A stretch of DNA of 64,000 nt, from contig NC_042998.1 in the NCBI RefSeq assembly GCF_006345805.1, forward strand, positions 177,940,001-178,004,000. Direction: 5' to 3'. This document shows positions 49,705 through 62,734 of this stretch, in pieces (position 1 is the first letter of the stretch; every line of letters starts with the position of its first letter). Source of the stretch: Octopus sinensis (lineage: Eukaryota). The position numbers and the translations under genes are program-made. The notes under the pieces are model-generated. The model saw only the letters and a program-made list of their open reading frames with translations. It searched no databases and was not told the origin of the DNA.

Positions 49705-50703
49705 TATTTACGCTTAAATGCTTTTACAAATGAATTAGCTTGTGGCTCCCGTTTTCATTCTGTTAAAAAGAGTTGATAAATATTATATATTTTCAATTCT
49801 AAATTACATGGATATTTCTTTCTAATCTCAGTAACTTCTTGAATATTGTGGTGAAGAATATTTTGTTAGTTATATGTCCCTTAGCTATTTAATTCGTTTA
49901 ATTTTCAATTCAATAGTGTTTCGTTTTAACATATAATTTATAGATGAATTTTCTATTCTCATGTATATTCTCATGTAAAAATTTAAAAGAGGCTGAAAAT
50001 TAATTGTAATTTTTTTTTTACAATTTTAAATCGATTGTTATTCTTGAATATTAATTGTGCTTTTATCACAATAAAATTAATTTCGATATACCTTCAATTA
50101 CATAATTGTATCTGAAGGTATATTTATATTTCTATACGTTATTATATTTTTTCTATTGTTCTTAATCCAATTATTTTCGAATTTATATTAGTATAAATTT
50201 TTGACATTTTGCTTACAATTAAGCTTCACTTTTTCGTGGACAATGAATTCAGCTGAGTTAGTTAGAATAAATGCTATATTATTAAAGGTTTTAAAGTTTT
50301 ATAATGGTAATGTTTAATAAACGACTTGAATAAATCTTTTTGCAAATTTTGCAATTTTTACTCATTATGGTTATTATTTATGCGCGCACGCATGTGTATG
50401 TGTGCGCTTTTAAGCTTTCATATGAATCGTGCATCCCAGAGTCTGTTGAATGTATGCAAGGCTCCATCTCCACAAAAAAATATTGCCCATGATAAAGGAA
50501 AGATTTCATACATACATACAAAAATGCCCTGCAGATGTTGTTGAAAACCCAATGAAGGAGCCTTGGATCTAGGTTAGAAACCAGTTCTTTCTCTATTGCA
50601 ATATATCTTGAAATAAAACTGAATAATGACTTACCTACCTACATACCTACCTACCTACATATCTAACTACCTACATACCTACCTACCTATCTACCTACAT
50701 ACC

Positions 50704-50935
50704 TATTTCTTTACTACCCACAAGGGGCTAAACACAGAGGGGACAAAGAAGGACAGACAAACGGATTAAGTCGATTATATCGACCCCAGTGCGTAACTGG
50801 TACTTATTTAATCGACCCCGAAAGGATGAACGGCAAAGTCGACCTCGGCGGAATTTGAACTGAGAACGTAACGGCAGACGAAATGCGGCTAGGCATTTCG
50901 CCTGGCGTGCTAACGTTTCTGCCAGCTCGCCGCCT
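50704..50935 (-). mobile_element. Full-length SINE family B
   Basis: Head AGGCGGCGAGCTGGCAGAAACG, B box AGTTCAAATTCC, tail GCCCCTTGTGGGTAGTAAAGAAATA. Confidence 0.9.
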
Positions 50936-51629
50936 TCTACCTACATACCTACCTCCCTACCTACCTCTTTACCTACCTACCTACCTACCTACCCTACATA
51001 CCTACCTACCTACCTACCTACCTACATACATACATAGATACATACATACATACATACATACATACATACATACATACATACATACATACATACATACATA
51101 CATAGTTTTTCCAGTATGTTCCTTTAGATGTACGACTGCTACTGGTAAACATATACAAACGCTATAAATTGCGTTTGTGTTTATCATATTTTCCCCTTTG
51201 ATTAACCATTTACCGCACGCTCACACGGGCCCCCGTCCTTCCGACTGGTTTTGGATGACCTAATTTGCGGAATTCTTTCTACCATCGGATTACATTACCT
51301 TATTCATTCGGAGTACGTCATTTCTGCACCTTGATTGTGAATTATTACAATTTGTCTGTGACTCTTCCTCTTTAACTCATCTTCCCTCGACTTATCTTTT
51401 GTTCTGTTTCCACTTTCCTTTTTTCCTCTTTTTCTTTTCCTTTTCCTTGCTATCACACACACCTACACCGACATTAACACGCTCTCGCCATGCCTGACTT
51501 CCCTTCCTTCCTCTAGCAACTCCACTCTCTTCTATCCCGTTTTCTTTCCACCTAAGCACCCTTTCTTTCCTTTCCCGAGTGTCATTTAATACTTTGCAGG
51601 TACCACGTCCTCGTGTTGTTTTTTCTTGG

Positions 51630-52378
51630 TTTTTTTTTTTTACCTTTTCTAAAATTGAATGAAATTTAATAGTATTTTAGAATGTCTACAGGAATTAAAA
51701 ATTATTTTTATGCATTTGTGTATATTTAAACTAATTAAATATTATTTTACAGAATAATAGAATTAAAATTTCTTTGTTTAAAACCCTTTCTAACATGAAA
51801 GTATCCAAAGAGCATTTAAGGCACATAATCCTTTATGAGTACAAAAAAAAAGAGTACAGAAAAGGAAACTCTGCAGCCGAAGCGACTCGAAACATACACA
51901 CAGTTTATAGGAAAGAATGCTTGAATGAAAGAACTTTCAGAAGATGGTTTGCAAAATTCAGAAGTGGAGATTTCATCCTCGAAGATGAAGATCTAACAGG
52001 ACGTCCAGTTGAGTTTGATGATAAGCTCCTTGAGGCATTACTCGAAGAAAACCCTGCATTATAAGTTGAAGAATTGGCAAATGTTAAACGTCGTAAACAG
52101 TGACTTGGTAAAAAGGAAAAAGCTCAACCACAACGGAGAAGGAAACTTCATGGAAAAAAGGTTCTTTTCTCTATCTAGTGGGATTGCAAAGGAGTAATTC
52201 ACTTTAAATTGTAACCACCTAGTGCAAGAATCAATGCTCAAGTCTACTGTCAGCAATTAGAGTGTTTGAACCAAGCTTTGAAGAAAAGAAGACCCGCTTT
52301 AGTGAATCGAAAAGGAGTGATGTTTCATCAGGACAATTCGCGACCCCACACTGTAAAGATCACATCACAGAAGATCAA
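51630..52378 (+). mobile_element. Truncated, internally deleted mariner of the 26.6-kb family
   Basis: MKVSKEHLRHIILYEYKK...RRWFAKFRSGDF.LEDE...GRP...HQDNSRPH. TIRs absent. Confidence 0.9.
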
Positions 52379-52429
52379 ATGTAGACAATGTAAACAATGT
52401 ACATAATTCCTGATCTCTTAAAGATAGAA

Positions 52430-52470
<41 letters not shown>

Positions 52471-52489
52471 GAATTCAAATAATGGAACA

Positions 52490-53600
52490 AGAACGCAACA
52501 GATGACAATAAAACATCCGGAAAGATACACGATACAAAGACGGGTCATTCGTGGTCTTCTCTCGTTAGTCAAGTTTCCAGATTATCCTTACAGTTTGGGC
52601 CGGTTACTCTTGAGACTGTTCAAATCAAAATGAGTTGGTGTGTGTGGAGTGAAAGCCTTGAGGCAGGAACATAATTGAACATAAGAGATGGAATTCATGA
52701 GACAGGAATATAAGAGATGCTTCGCGGCCTGCAGTCAGCCAAGAAAGAAAGATTATGCTTGGTCGAACACCGGTTACGAGGAGGGAAAGGAGAGAGGTGG
52801 GGGAAGAGGGATAGAAGAATGAAGGGGAAAACGAGAAAGACAGAGAATCGAAGGGACATAGAAAAGGTAAAAGGGAGATAAACAAGGAAAAGGAGGTAGA
52901 TCAAAGAAAGAGAAAGCCAAGAAATGTGAAAGCGAGAAAAAGAAAAGCAGATAGTATAAAGAAAGTATGAAGGGGAATAAAAGAAAGAGTAAAAGAATCG
53001 TACAAAATATAGATACATACTTATAAGATACATACTTACGTACGCCACTATATGTATATATAAATTAAAAATGTGAAATAACAACGCAATAGATGATAAT
53101 AAGACGCCCGGACAGATAGACGATACAAAAACGGACAGGAAAAAACAAAACAAAAACACTAGAAAAACAAGGTCGAGTCATTCGTGGCTTTCCCTCGTCA
53201 GTCAAGTTTCCAGAATATCCTTACAGTTTCGACCGATTACACTTGAGACTGTTCAAATATGGCTGGCCCCAAAAATCTAAGCTAAGAGTATTAAATACAT
53301 CGGGAGAAAGCAAGCAAATGAGTACGACAATAAAGACATAAAAAACACGACAAAAAAACGGAGGAAATGTTACACAATTACAAATACAAAAGACATGAAA
53401 ATAATCACAGGTGTCTTTCGACTAATAAAGACGAATCAAATTGAGCTGGCGTGTGTATAGTGAAAGCCTTGAGGCAGAAACATAGGAGATGAATGTAAGC
53501 GATGAAAGTCATGAGACAGGAATATAAGAGATGCTTCGCGGCCAGCAGTCACGCCAAGAAAGATTATGCTTGGCCGAACACTGGTCACATGGAAGGAAAT
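52490..53600 (-). repeat. Tandemly duplicated repeat (family E, pLTR-like)
   Basis: Blocks TCATTCGTGG...GTCAAGTTTCCAG...GAGACTGTTCAAAT and GAAAGCCTTGAGGCAG...GATTATGCTTGG each occur twice. Confidence 0.75.
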
Positions 53601-53764
53601 GAGACAAGGGCAATATATGATTCATGATTGACTTAATGAATTGATCAAACTGTCTGAGAAAATTCCATGACATTTCATTTCTCGAATCACCCAAGACATT
53701 TTAGTTTTAATCCGTGAGTTTCAGGGAATATTATGTTATCAACGAGATGTTCTATGGGCTGACC

Positions 53765-54351
53765 CAGGGGCCGGGAAACTTTTTTAACCAATTACCCACA
53801 AACATATTTATTTACACCGACGTTACCCCTTTGATTTAAAAGGAAGATAATCATAGACTCTTTGAATTCAAAAGGTTTATTGAGTATTTATATGGAGAAT
53901 ATAATTATAAATATAAAAAGTATAAAACAAATGCGATAAACTAAATTAATGCCCTCATTATGAAACAAAAAGGATTTTTCTAGAAACTTTTTCACTTCAG
54001 GTTTTGGAGAAATGATGATGTTTCGTTTTTGTTACAGTTACATCAAAATCGGGGCATTTTGGTGCCAGAGCAATTTGGATATAATCTTCAGGGTTCAATT
54101 GATTACCCTGCTTTGTTTTTATCTTCTTTAGAGTGGAAAAGCCAGGTAGGTTCTTGCAAAAGCAGCAGGTAGGTTCTTGCAAAAGGCAGCAGCTTTTTGA
54201 CTGGCTCTTCGTGCCAGAAGAAAAATTTCTGTCTTTATAAGGCATACGTCCTTTTTTTATATATAATTTTACTTATTTCTAATGTCATTACCCCCCAAGA
54301 ATTTCATTCTTACCCCACTTGGGGTAATTTATCCCTGTTCACTGACTCCTG
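53765..54351 (-). mobile_element. Non-autonomous hAT (Charlie-like) element
   Basis: Ends CAGGGGCCGGGAAAC / GTTCACTGACTCCTG. 8-bp flanks GGCTGACC and GGCGAACC (6 of 8 match). Transposase tail NQLNPEDYIQIALAP..PDFD. Confidence 0.75.
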
Positions 54352-54634
54352 GGCGAACCAGTAGAATGAGTTTCTTTTTGCTCAGTACACCGTGGGCTGT
54401 AAATATGAAGTTTTACATTCATCCTATTTGATACACAAACTACAGAATCGTTTTCCCGCGCTATTATTTGCTGCGGAAGAATTTACTGAAAAAACCTTAT
54501 CGCTTCATGAATATCAAGATAATTGAGAAAAGTTGATTTGTTAAAGACAAATAAAAAAAAAATATTATGAAAACATCTTGATGGCTGTCCACTGGTTGAT
54601 TGTACACTGTGCAGTTAATGATATATTATTTTTT

Positions 54635-54919
54635 CTTTTGTTTCAGTCATTGGACTGCAGCCATGCCAGGGAATCACCCAGAAGGGTATTAGTCGAGCGA
54701 GTCGACCCTAGTACTTTTTTTTTAAAGACTGATACGTATTCAATTGGTGTCTTTTGCTGAATCGTAATGTTGAGGACGTAAACTAACCGCTGTTGTCAAG
54801 CGGTGCGGAGAAACAAACGTGAAGTCATACACACATACATATATACATACACATATACAAAAAAACCCTACCTACCTACCTACCTACCTACCTACCTACC
54901 TACCTACCTACCTACCTAC

Positions 54920-54967
<48 letters not shown>

Positions 54968-55168
54968 GTATGTATGTATGTATATAATTATGTATGCATG
55001 TATATATATATATATCTATGTATGCATACAATGGGCTTCCGAATTCACCCAAAAAGTTTTAGTTGATTCCAGCCGATAGTAGTAGGCACTTGCCCCTAAG
55101 TGCCGCACTTTGAGACTGAACTCGAAACCACATGGTTCAAAGTGAGCCATGCCAGCTCCTATATGAAG
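54635..55168 (-). mobile_element. Diverged SINE family A copy with expanded internal microsatellite
   Basis: Tail TTTCAGTCATTGGACTGCAGCCATGC and head remnants GACTGAACTCGAAACCACATGG. Confidence 0.7.
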
Positions 55169-55704
55169 GAAAACGGTTATGGGATGTTAATACCTACTTC
55201 AACATATTAATGAGGTAAGAGAAGTGGAACAGAAACGTGGTTCGGCTAATCAAGGTTTTACTTTAAGCGTGCATCATCCACTAATTATTGTACATATATT
55301 TCTTTATCTCAAGACCTAAGAACATTATTTGTCATGGATAGGCTTAGACTATTTAAACTGGCCTCAATATGTCATTAATACTTCTATACACCTGAACGAG
55401 AACTAATATCCTTGAGCTGATTGGAATAAATGAAACCAAAATAGCTTTGATATCTAAAATAGCATTTCTCAGTCATTTTCATTTAGGTGAAGCTATATCG
55501 GGATGATAAAAGTGTCACTGGTGATATAGAAAATGCATCACATCAATATACTTGTCAAACTTTCATCCGTACAGGAAATACTGCTTGCGAGCAACGACAA
55601 TATTTTACAATTATCAGCCGTTTCTCCCTATACAACGACATCAACGTCAAACCAAAATCAGTCAATATATATATATACGGTATATATATATATATATATA
55701 TATA

Positions 55705-56719
55705 TATCACTCCTTGCAACACCTATCTGTGTTCGGTTTGTCCTTACACAGAGGCCATCCGGATTCCCGTTTGCGCCGTGAACAGGAATTAATCTTCTCT
55801 CTTCGCTCTTATACGCCATTTGGTCTCAACTCTCCCCCCTCCTCATCTAACCCCCCTCCCCCCTCCTCACCTATCCTTTCTCCCCCCGACCCCTACTTCT
55901 TCAGTCCTTCATCCTTTCACCCCTACTCCCCTTCCCTTCTTCCCTCTTTCTCCCTCCCTCTTCCCCTTCCCCTCTGCTCCCTCTCTCCCCTTCCTTCTCT
56001 CCCCATCCTCTCCTCTTCCCCCTTCTCCTCCCCCTCTTCTTCCCCTCCCCTTCTCTCCCCCCTCTTCTCCCCCTCCCCCTTCTCCTCACTACACCACATG
56101 ACTTTACACATCACATCACATATGATGTGCCATACTAATACGTACTAATACATACTAGTACATACTAATACTTACACCAACCCTATACATACCACGTCCA
56201 GACCCCGCATACGCACTTATACTCTCTCACACACACACACACCTATATATACATACCAATACGTACTAATACATACTAATACATACTAATACATACACCA
56301 ACCCCATAAATACGCACGTCCAGACCAATCCTATGCACTAATACTCTCTCATACACACACACACACCCTTATACATACTAATACATACACCAACCCTATA
56401 CATACACATCCAGACCCCTCCCACGCACTTTTAGCTGGTCCCTCAACCCCTTTTATCAAACCTATTATCTCCCCTTATTTCGCTCTCGCGTCTCATGTTT
56501 GATCTTTGACCTCTGGCCGAAATCAGATCGCCATGTTGATTCGTTAGCTACTGCACGCATTTTTTTTCTCTCCTTCTTTCTGTGTTTTTCTTCTCTCTGT
56601 GTATCTTTCTGTTGAAACGTTAAAGACTTGTTTTATTTATATTTCCTGAGCGCCATACTAATACAATTGTTCGTTTGTTTTCCACCTGCCTCGTCTTTTG
56701 TTTATTTTCATAAAGCTTC

Positions 56720-56724
<5 letters not shown>
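55705..56724 (+). mobile_element. PLE 3' end: GIY-YIG C-terminus followed by a family A pLTR
   Basis: HSLQHLSVFGLSLHRG...RLRREQELIFSLRSYTPFGLN matches the PLE endonuclease terminus (RE..LI..L.T..P.GLN). The downstream block matches family A. Confidence 0.75.
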
Positions 56725-56772
<48 letters not shown>

Positions 56773-56972
56773 CATACATTATCAGGTCATTTTTGGTAGT
56801 AATGACTTATGTCCCTCTTAGCGTGAGGCATTTATGTGTAATAATGCCCTCTATACAATATAATATATATATATACATAAATAAATATATATATATATAT
56901 ATATAATATACATATATACATATATATATACATACATATATATATATACATATATATATACATATACACACA

Positions 56973-57021
<49 letters not shown>

Positions 57022-57149
57022 ATATATTATATATATAATATACATATATACATATACATACATACATATAATATAAATATATATATATATACATATACAC
57101 ACACACACACACATATATATAATATATATATATAATACACATATATAAT

Positions 57150-57347
57150 ACATGCCCAACGAAGCATTTTTTCGATGGCCCGATAACTGAAGAGATGCCG
57201 GCGTGGGCTTCCGCCCCAACATCCGAAACTCGGAGTTTTATCATGGTTACCGAATAATTGCCACAGATTATATTTACAGAAAATTCCTCTATTTACATAA
57301 TGTCGAGGTCTCTTTCATTCTTTTATTGTCTTGCCATTCTATCACAG

Positions 57348-57350
<3 letters not shown>
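57150..57350 (+). mobile_element. Family B hammerhead-bearing short repeat inside (TA)n
   Basis: Matches 13660-13850. Confidence 0.85.
57182..57242 (+). ncRNA. Type I hammerhead ribozyme motif, family B
   Basis: GATAA-CTGAAGA-GATG...CATC-C-GAAA-CTCGGAG-TT-TTATC. Canonical core, GUU triplet. Confidence 0.75.
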
Positions 57351-57443
<93 letters not shown>

Positions 57444-57648
57444 ATATATCTAAGCAATAAAGGGTTTAGCAACCCTTTATTAGCTAAACCCTTTATTGCT
57501 TAGTATTACTTAAATTTTCCTCGAATGAGGCTTTTACATGCCGAAGACTACTTGTGTAATTGATAATTATTCCAATTAATTAATTTCACCCTTCATTATT
57601 ACGGATAATATATATATATATAATATTATATATTATATTATATATATA

Positions 57649-57738
<90 letters not shown>

Positions 57739-58553
57739 TATAATATATATATCTGCATGTATATATATAATAGCGGAGCTAGAATTATGAAATCTATTTC
57801 AGATAGTGAAACCTTTGTAACACCTCATGAAATATGCTGAAGCTGTGTCAAAACAGTTGATAGCTTTCAAAAGTATTATTTAACAAATATAAACAATTTG
57901 AAAGGAATGTATAGCCGATAAGTATTGTTCATAATGCAAACTGTCAATCACTCCTAATGTTCTATTATTTTCGCTCTAGTTGTGTTGATATGATGAATTA
58001 CTTACCCATCTCTTTCTGTATACAGTAAGATTGGATATTTAATTAATTTGGTTCCCCTCGAATTTGATTTTCCACACCGGCGTTGATAAATAGCTACCAG
58101 TAATATATTGAATTGATTTGTAGAAATCGAGCTTTCTGCTTAATGGAGAAAAATGCATTTTTGTTACTGATGGTGAGAATTGCCGTGGGATGGAAAAATA
58201 TCAGAGTCAAGCGTGCTTTTCGGTTTCAAATTTGCGCTTGAAACATTTCTCTTTATTTACCTCGTTCATGTGCTCCTTAGCGAGGCAAGTAATTCAGAGG
58301 GTCTTATTTTCTTCTCTACATACATACATACATACATACATACATACATGCAAGCATGCACACCTACAGACACGTACCCACTATATAAATAGATGTAGAA
58401 ATGTACATCTGCGTGTTGTGTGTGTGTGCGTGTGTGTGTATGCGTGGGTGTGTTCGTGCGTGTGCGTGTGTGCATGTTTGTGTGTGTATGTGAGTATGCG
58501 TGTGCATATGTGTCTGTGTGTATGCATGTTGTGTGTGTTTACGAAATATGGAA

Positions 58554-58618
<65 letters not shown>

Positions 58619-59242
58619 TTACCAAACTCCAAAGTTTCGTGGTTTCGTGTTGATGGAAAATTAGAAAAAGTGTAAACATGGGAAAGAATCCTGGGAGTAA
58701 AATAAATGCAGAGAAAAAAGGTGATGTCGTAAAAGAATATCTCCCTTTAGATTTATATCTTTTATTGATACAAGTAAGGAAGAACGCATTAATAAAAATC
58801 TTTGCTATTCAAAAATCTAACCGTACATTCCTATTAATTTTCGTACCTACTAAATCTCCCTTCTTTCTAACTCTCTCGCCCTCTTTTCTTTTAGGATTCA
58901 TAGCAAGACGCGTGAAGTACACTGCTCAAAAGGAACCTATTTTCCCCCGTTCTTACAATTTGCTTTTTATACGATCTGAACAATCATTTGTTTCGTTTGT
59001 GCATTCATTTTCTTTATGTATTGATTTCTTACATAGTTCAACCACGTGTCTTCATTGGCAAGAAAATCTCAAGAGAGCTGAACAGTAGGTCTTCAGAGAA
59101 GAAATACCCACCATTCTCAGGAAAGTTCTTTGACCCTTAATTTCCGAAGAAATTAAAAAAAGAAATGAAAATGTTAGGCTGTATAACATGGGGGAACTGA
59201 AACAAACAGAGTTTGAACATATTCAAGATTGCTGAGTTCCTT

Positions 59243-59633
59243 GAGTGGCTGTGTGGTAAGTAGCTTGTCTACCAACCACATGGTTCCGGGTTCAGTCTCA
59301 CTGCGTGGCACCTTGGGCAAGTGTCTTCTACTATAGTCTCGGGCCGACCAAAGCCTTGTGAGTGGATTTGGTAGACGGAAACTGAAAGAAGCCTGTCGTA
59401 TATATGTATATATATATATGTGTGTGTGTTTGTGTCTGTGTTTGTCCCCCTAGCATTGCTTGACAACCGATGCTGGTGTGTTTATGTCCCCGTTACTTAG
59501 CGGTTCGGCAAAAGAGACCGATTGAATAAGTACTGGGCTTACAAAAGAATAAGTCCCGGGGTCGAGTTGCTCGATTAAAGGCGGTGCTCCAGCATGGCCG
59601 CAGTCAAATGACTGAAACAAGTAAAAGAGAGTA
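59243..59633 (+). mobile_element. Full-length SINE family A
   Basis: A and B boxes, CCTTGGGCAAGTG core and tail. Reverse complement of the 33226-33635 copy. Confidence 0.9.
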
Positions 59634-59889
59634 CCAGACATTTTTAAATGATCAATAACAAAGGAAAACGAGAAAGAGGAAGAAGAAAAAAGAAAAAAGA
59701 AAAATTGTGCTCTTATTCAAAAATGTCTGTTAACTGATGGTATATAGGTATTCATATACGAAATTACTAATTATTAATTATTAATTAATCAGCAGTAAGG
59801 AAAATGACAGAACAGCATAAATCATTCTTAACACGAATTTTTATTACTTGAGCAGTCACATTCATCAAAGTAGTCGCAAAAGGCAGTCA

Positions 59890-60360
<471 letters not shown>

Positions 60361-60404
60361 TGGGTGTGAGTGTGTGTGCGCGGATATGTATGTGTATGTA
60401 TGTA

Positions 60405-61020
60405 TGTCATTATTCAGTTTATTTCAAAGTTTCTTGCCAATAGAGAAAGTGTCGGTTTCTAACCTAGACCCAAGGCTCCTTCATTGGAATTTCAACATCA
60501 AGAACAGGGTATTTTTGTATGCATGTATATGTGCAGATTTGTGTGTTTTGTTTTATGTATGTCTTGTCATGCATATATTTGCATATCTAGACTTAGATGA
60601 TAAACTTCTGGAAAGTTTTACAGATTTTTATAGTACCAGTGATAGACTGGATTTGTGGTCTTCGAATCAGCTTTCTCCTTTCTGGTTTCGAGAAGCCTAA
60701 TTTCTAAAGATTGATATTTAGGCAGTGTGTTACATATCCCAGTTCTCCAATAATTACTGATATAAGCCTGAACATGTAATCTGGATAGAGTAGCTGTAGA
60801 TTCCTCAATCGTTCAACGTAGGTATTTCCTTTGTCGCTGATCTTTAGCTTTATGTTAATATACTCTTGGCAGCTAATTTTAACAACTGTACACAGTTATG
60901 TATGTATGTATGTATGTATGTATGTATGTATGTATGTATGTATTTATGTGTGTATGTATGTATGTATGTACAAGCATATTTCCAGCAATCACATTGCTTG
61001 ATTGTTCTCTTCAAGTAGTA
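60405..61020 (-). mobile_element. RLE-type non-LTR 3' fragment including its 3' UTR
   Basis: Inverted match to 35690-36080. The terminal about 90 bp also occurs at 50540-50630. Confidence 0.7.
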
Positions 61021-61297
61021 TAGATATGACATTTTAGTCTTGTTAGGAACGCCTCAGAGCTGGTGTTCAGAGAGCTTAACACTAACATTGATACATGCCT
61101 TCACTGGGTGTTAAATTACCTGTACCGCAGCGAACTGGTTATGTGGGGTCGATAATTAATACACACACACACACACACACACACTCACACACACACACAC
61201 ACACACATAAATATATATATATACACGCTATATTAAATCTCAGAGCGAAATATAAACAGTAGCAATGCAGAATCGTAACATATAATTGCCAACCAAA

Positions 61298-61555
61298 TGT
61301 GGCGTCCTATACAGGACAGTGCTACAGGATAGCCCCAGGAAGACATCTCTTTCAGATGGAAGATTAACACACGTTGAGGACGGGTAACGATTCAGAAACT
61401 CGAGTCAATGTGTATCTCGTAAGACTAGAGATGGGAGCGATGACTTCCCTTCGCAAATACAAATCGGACGCAGAATGTGTGTCGTTAGCCAGATGGAAGA
61501 TATGTCTTCGTGGTGCTATAAACGTCAGTAGCACTGTCCTGTATAGGACGCCACA
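61298..61555. mobile_element. MITE, 258 bp, with perfect 28-bp TIRs
   Basis: TGTGGCGTCCTATACAGGACAGTGCTAC at 61298-61325 and its exact reverse complement at 61528-61555. Imperfect pairing continues inward. Confidence 0.85.
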
Positions 61556-61560
61556 CCATA

Positions 61561-61594
<34 letters not shown>

Positions 61595-62576
61595 TATGGT
61601 GCTAACATTTTATATGTATGTATGTGTGTGCGTGGGTGACCGACTGTGTATGTGTGCTGTAACGTAGATCAACGGTCAGCAATACCAGCGCTAAACTATC
61701 CACAAAGAAATCAATACGTTGGGGTTAGCTAGTCTTTATTCTCACCCACCTCAGTGAAATATTTATAACAACCATTCTTTCTCTTTAAGGACAGTAACTA
61801 TTTGTTCCTGTTTCCGTCATCTTTCTTCCCCCTCCTTTTCTTCATTCCTATCAACTCTATACGGCTCCCACATATTTGACTTTATCTTTCCCTTTCTAAC
61901 TTCTTGGACATTCTATTTCTTCAAACATTTGTTTTTTATTCTGTTCTTCCGGTTTCGCATTTCATCTCATGTCTACGGTGAGTTAACATAGAAATTCAAA
62001 GCGACAATGTAACCATTACTTAATCTAGATATTCTTGGCCTGATGATTAGCTAGGGTGAGTGCCCCTCATTGAGTAATTTTAGACATAATCTTTTGAAAA
62101 TTGAAAATTATCAAATTAAACATTAGTGTAGGGAGAAATTGACTTGAGATACAATTGAAAAAAGAATACTAGTAGTTAAACATAAAAAAAATTGTCCATA
62201 TATTTTGTTAGCAATCTCATTTACAATCGGATCTAAGTTGAGGAAAAATTTCTTGAAAAGAAGTGCCTGTCACTTGAGCACATTTCAAACGGCAACTATG
62301 CTGAGCAAATTTTACTCTCAAAGACGACACAACAGAACAAGATGATGATGCAATACTTCTAATGTAATGGTTTTAAACAAGTAGAGATAAAATAACGAGA
62401 AATCAGAAATTGCTCATTTTGCCCCAGTTACAAATTTTGTCCTCTAATTATATTTGTATATATGTATGTATAATTAGCGAAACGTATTTACTGGATGTAT
62501 AATAAGACCGAAAGAATGAGTGCGTGTGTGTGTGTGTGTGTGTAAAAGAAAGATAGAGAGGGAGAGAGAGACTCAC

Positions 62577-62705
62577 CTGTTTTTCCGTTTGGCTTTGTAA
62601 ACATTTCCCATCTGTTCTTCTTCCAACTTAACAACTTTCATAGTCAAACAACTCATCAACATTCGCACGATCATCAGCAGTTTTCATCTTTAAATAACAA
62701 TCCAT
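62577..62705 (-). pseudogene. CDK8: Decayed copy of CDK8/CDK19 coding exon 1 with intact splice donor
   Basis: MDCYLKMKTADDRANVDELFDYESC*VGRRTDG(+1 nt)NVYKAKRKN, compared with the CDK8 N-terminus MDYDFK....ER..[25 protein letters not shown]. The 128(+1) nt are followed by AG|GTGAGT at 62576-62571. Confidence 0.85.
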
Positions 62706-62734
62706 TATTAATGTTCTTGTTATTAAGGAATAAA

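Noticed and set aside
55487-55663. Candidate host exon after a good acceptor (VKLYRDDKSVTGDIENASHQYTC...)
   Set aside because: It has no recognisable homology and no convincing donor, and runs into (TA)n. It cannot be supported without RNA-seq.
59037-59140. Candidate terminal exon (QPRVFIGKKISRELNSRSSEKKYPPFSGKFFDP*)
   Set aside because: Only 33 codons follow an AG, which is compatible with chance, and no homology was recognised.
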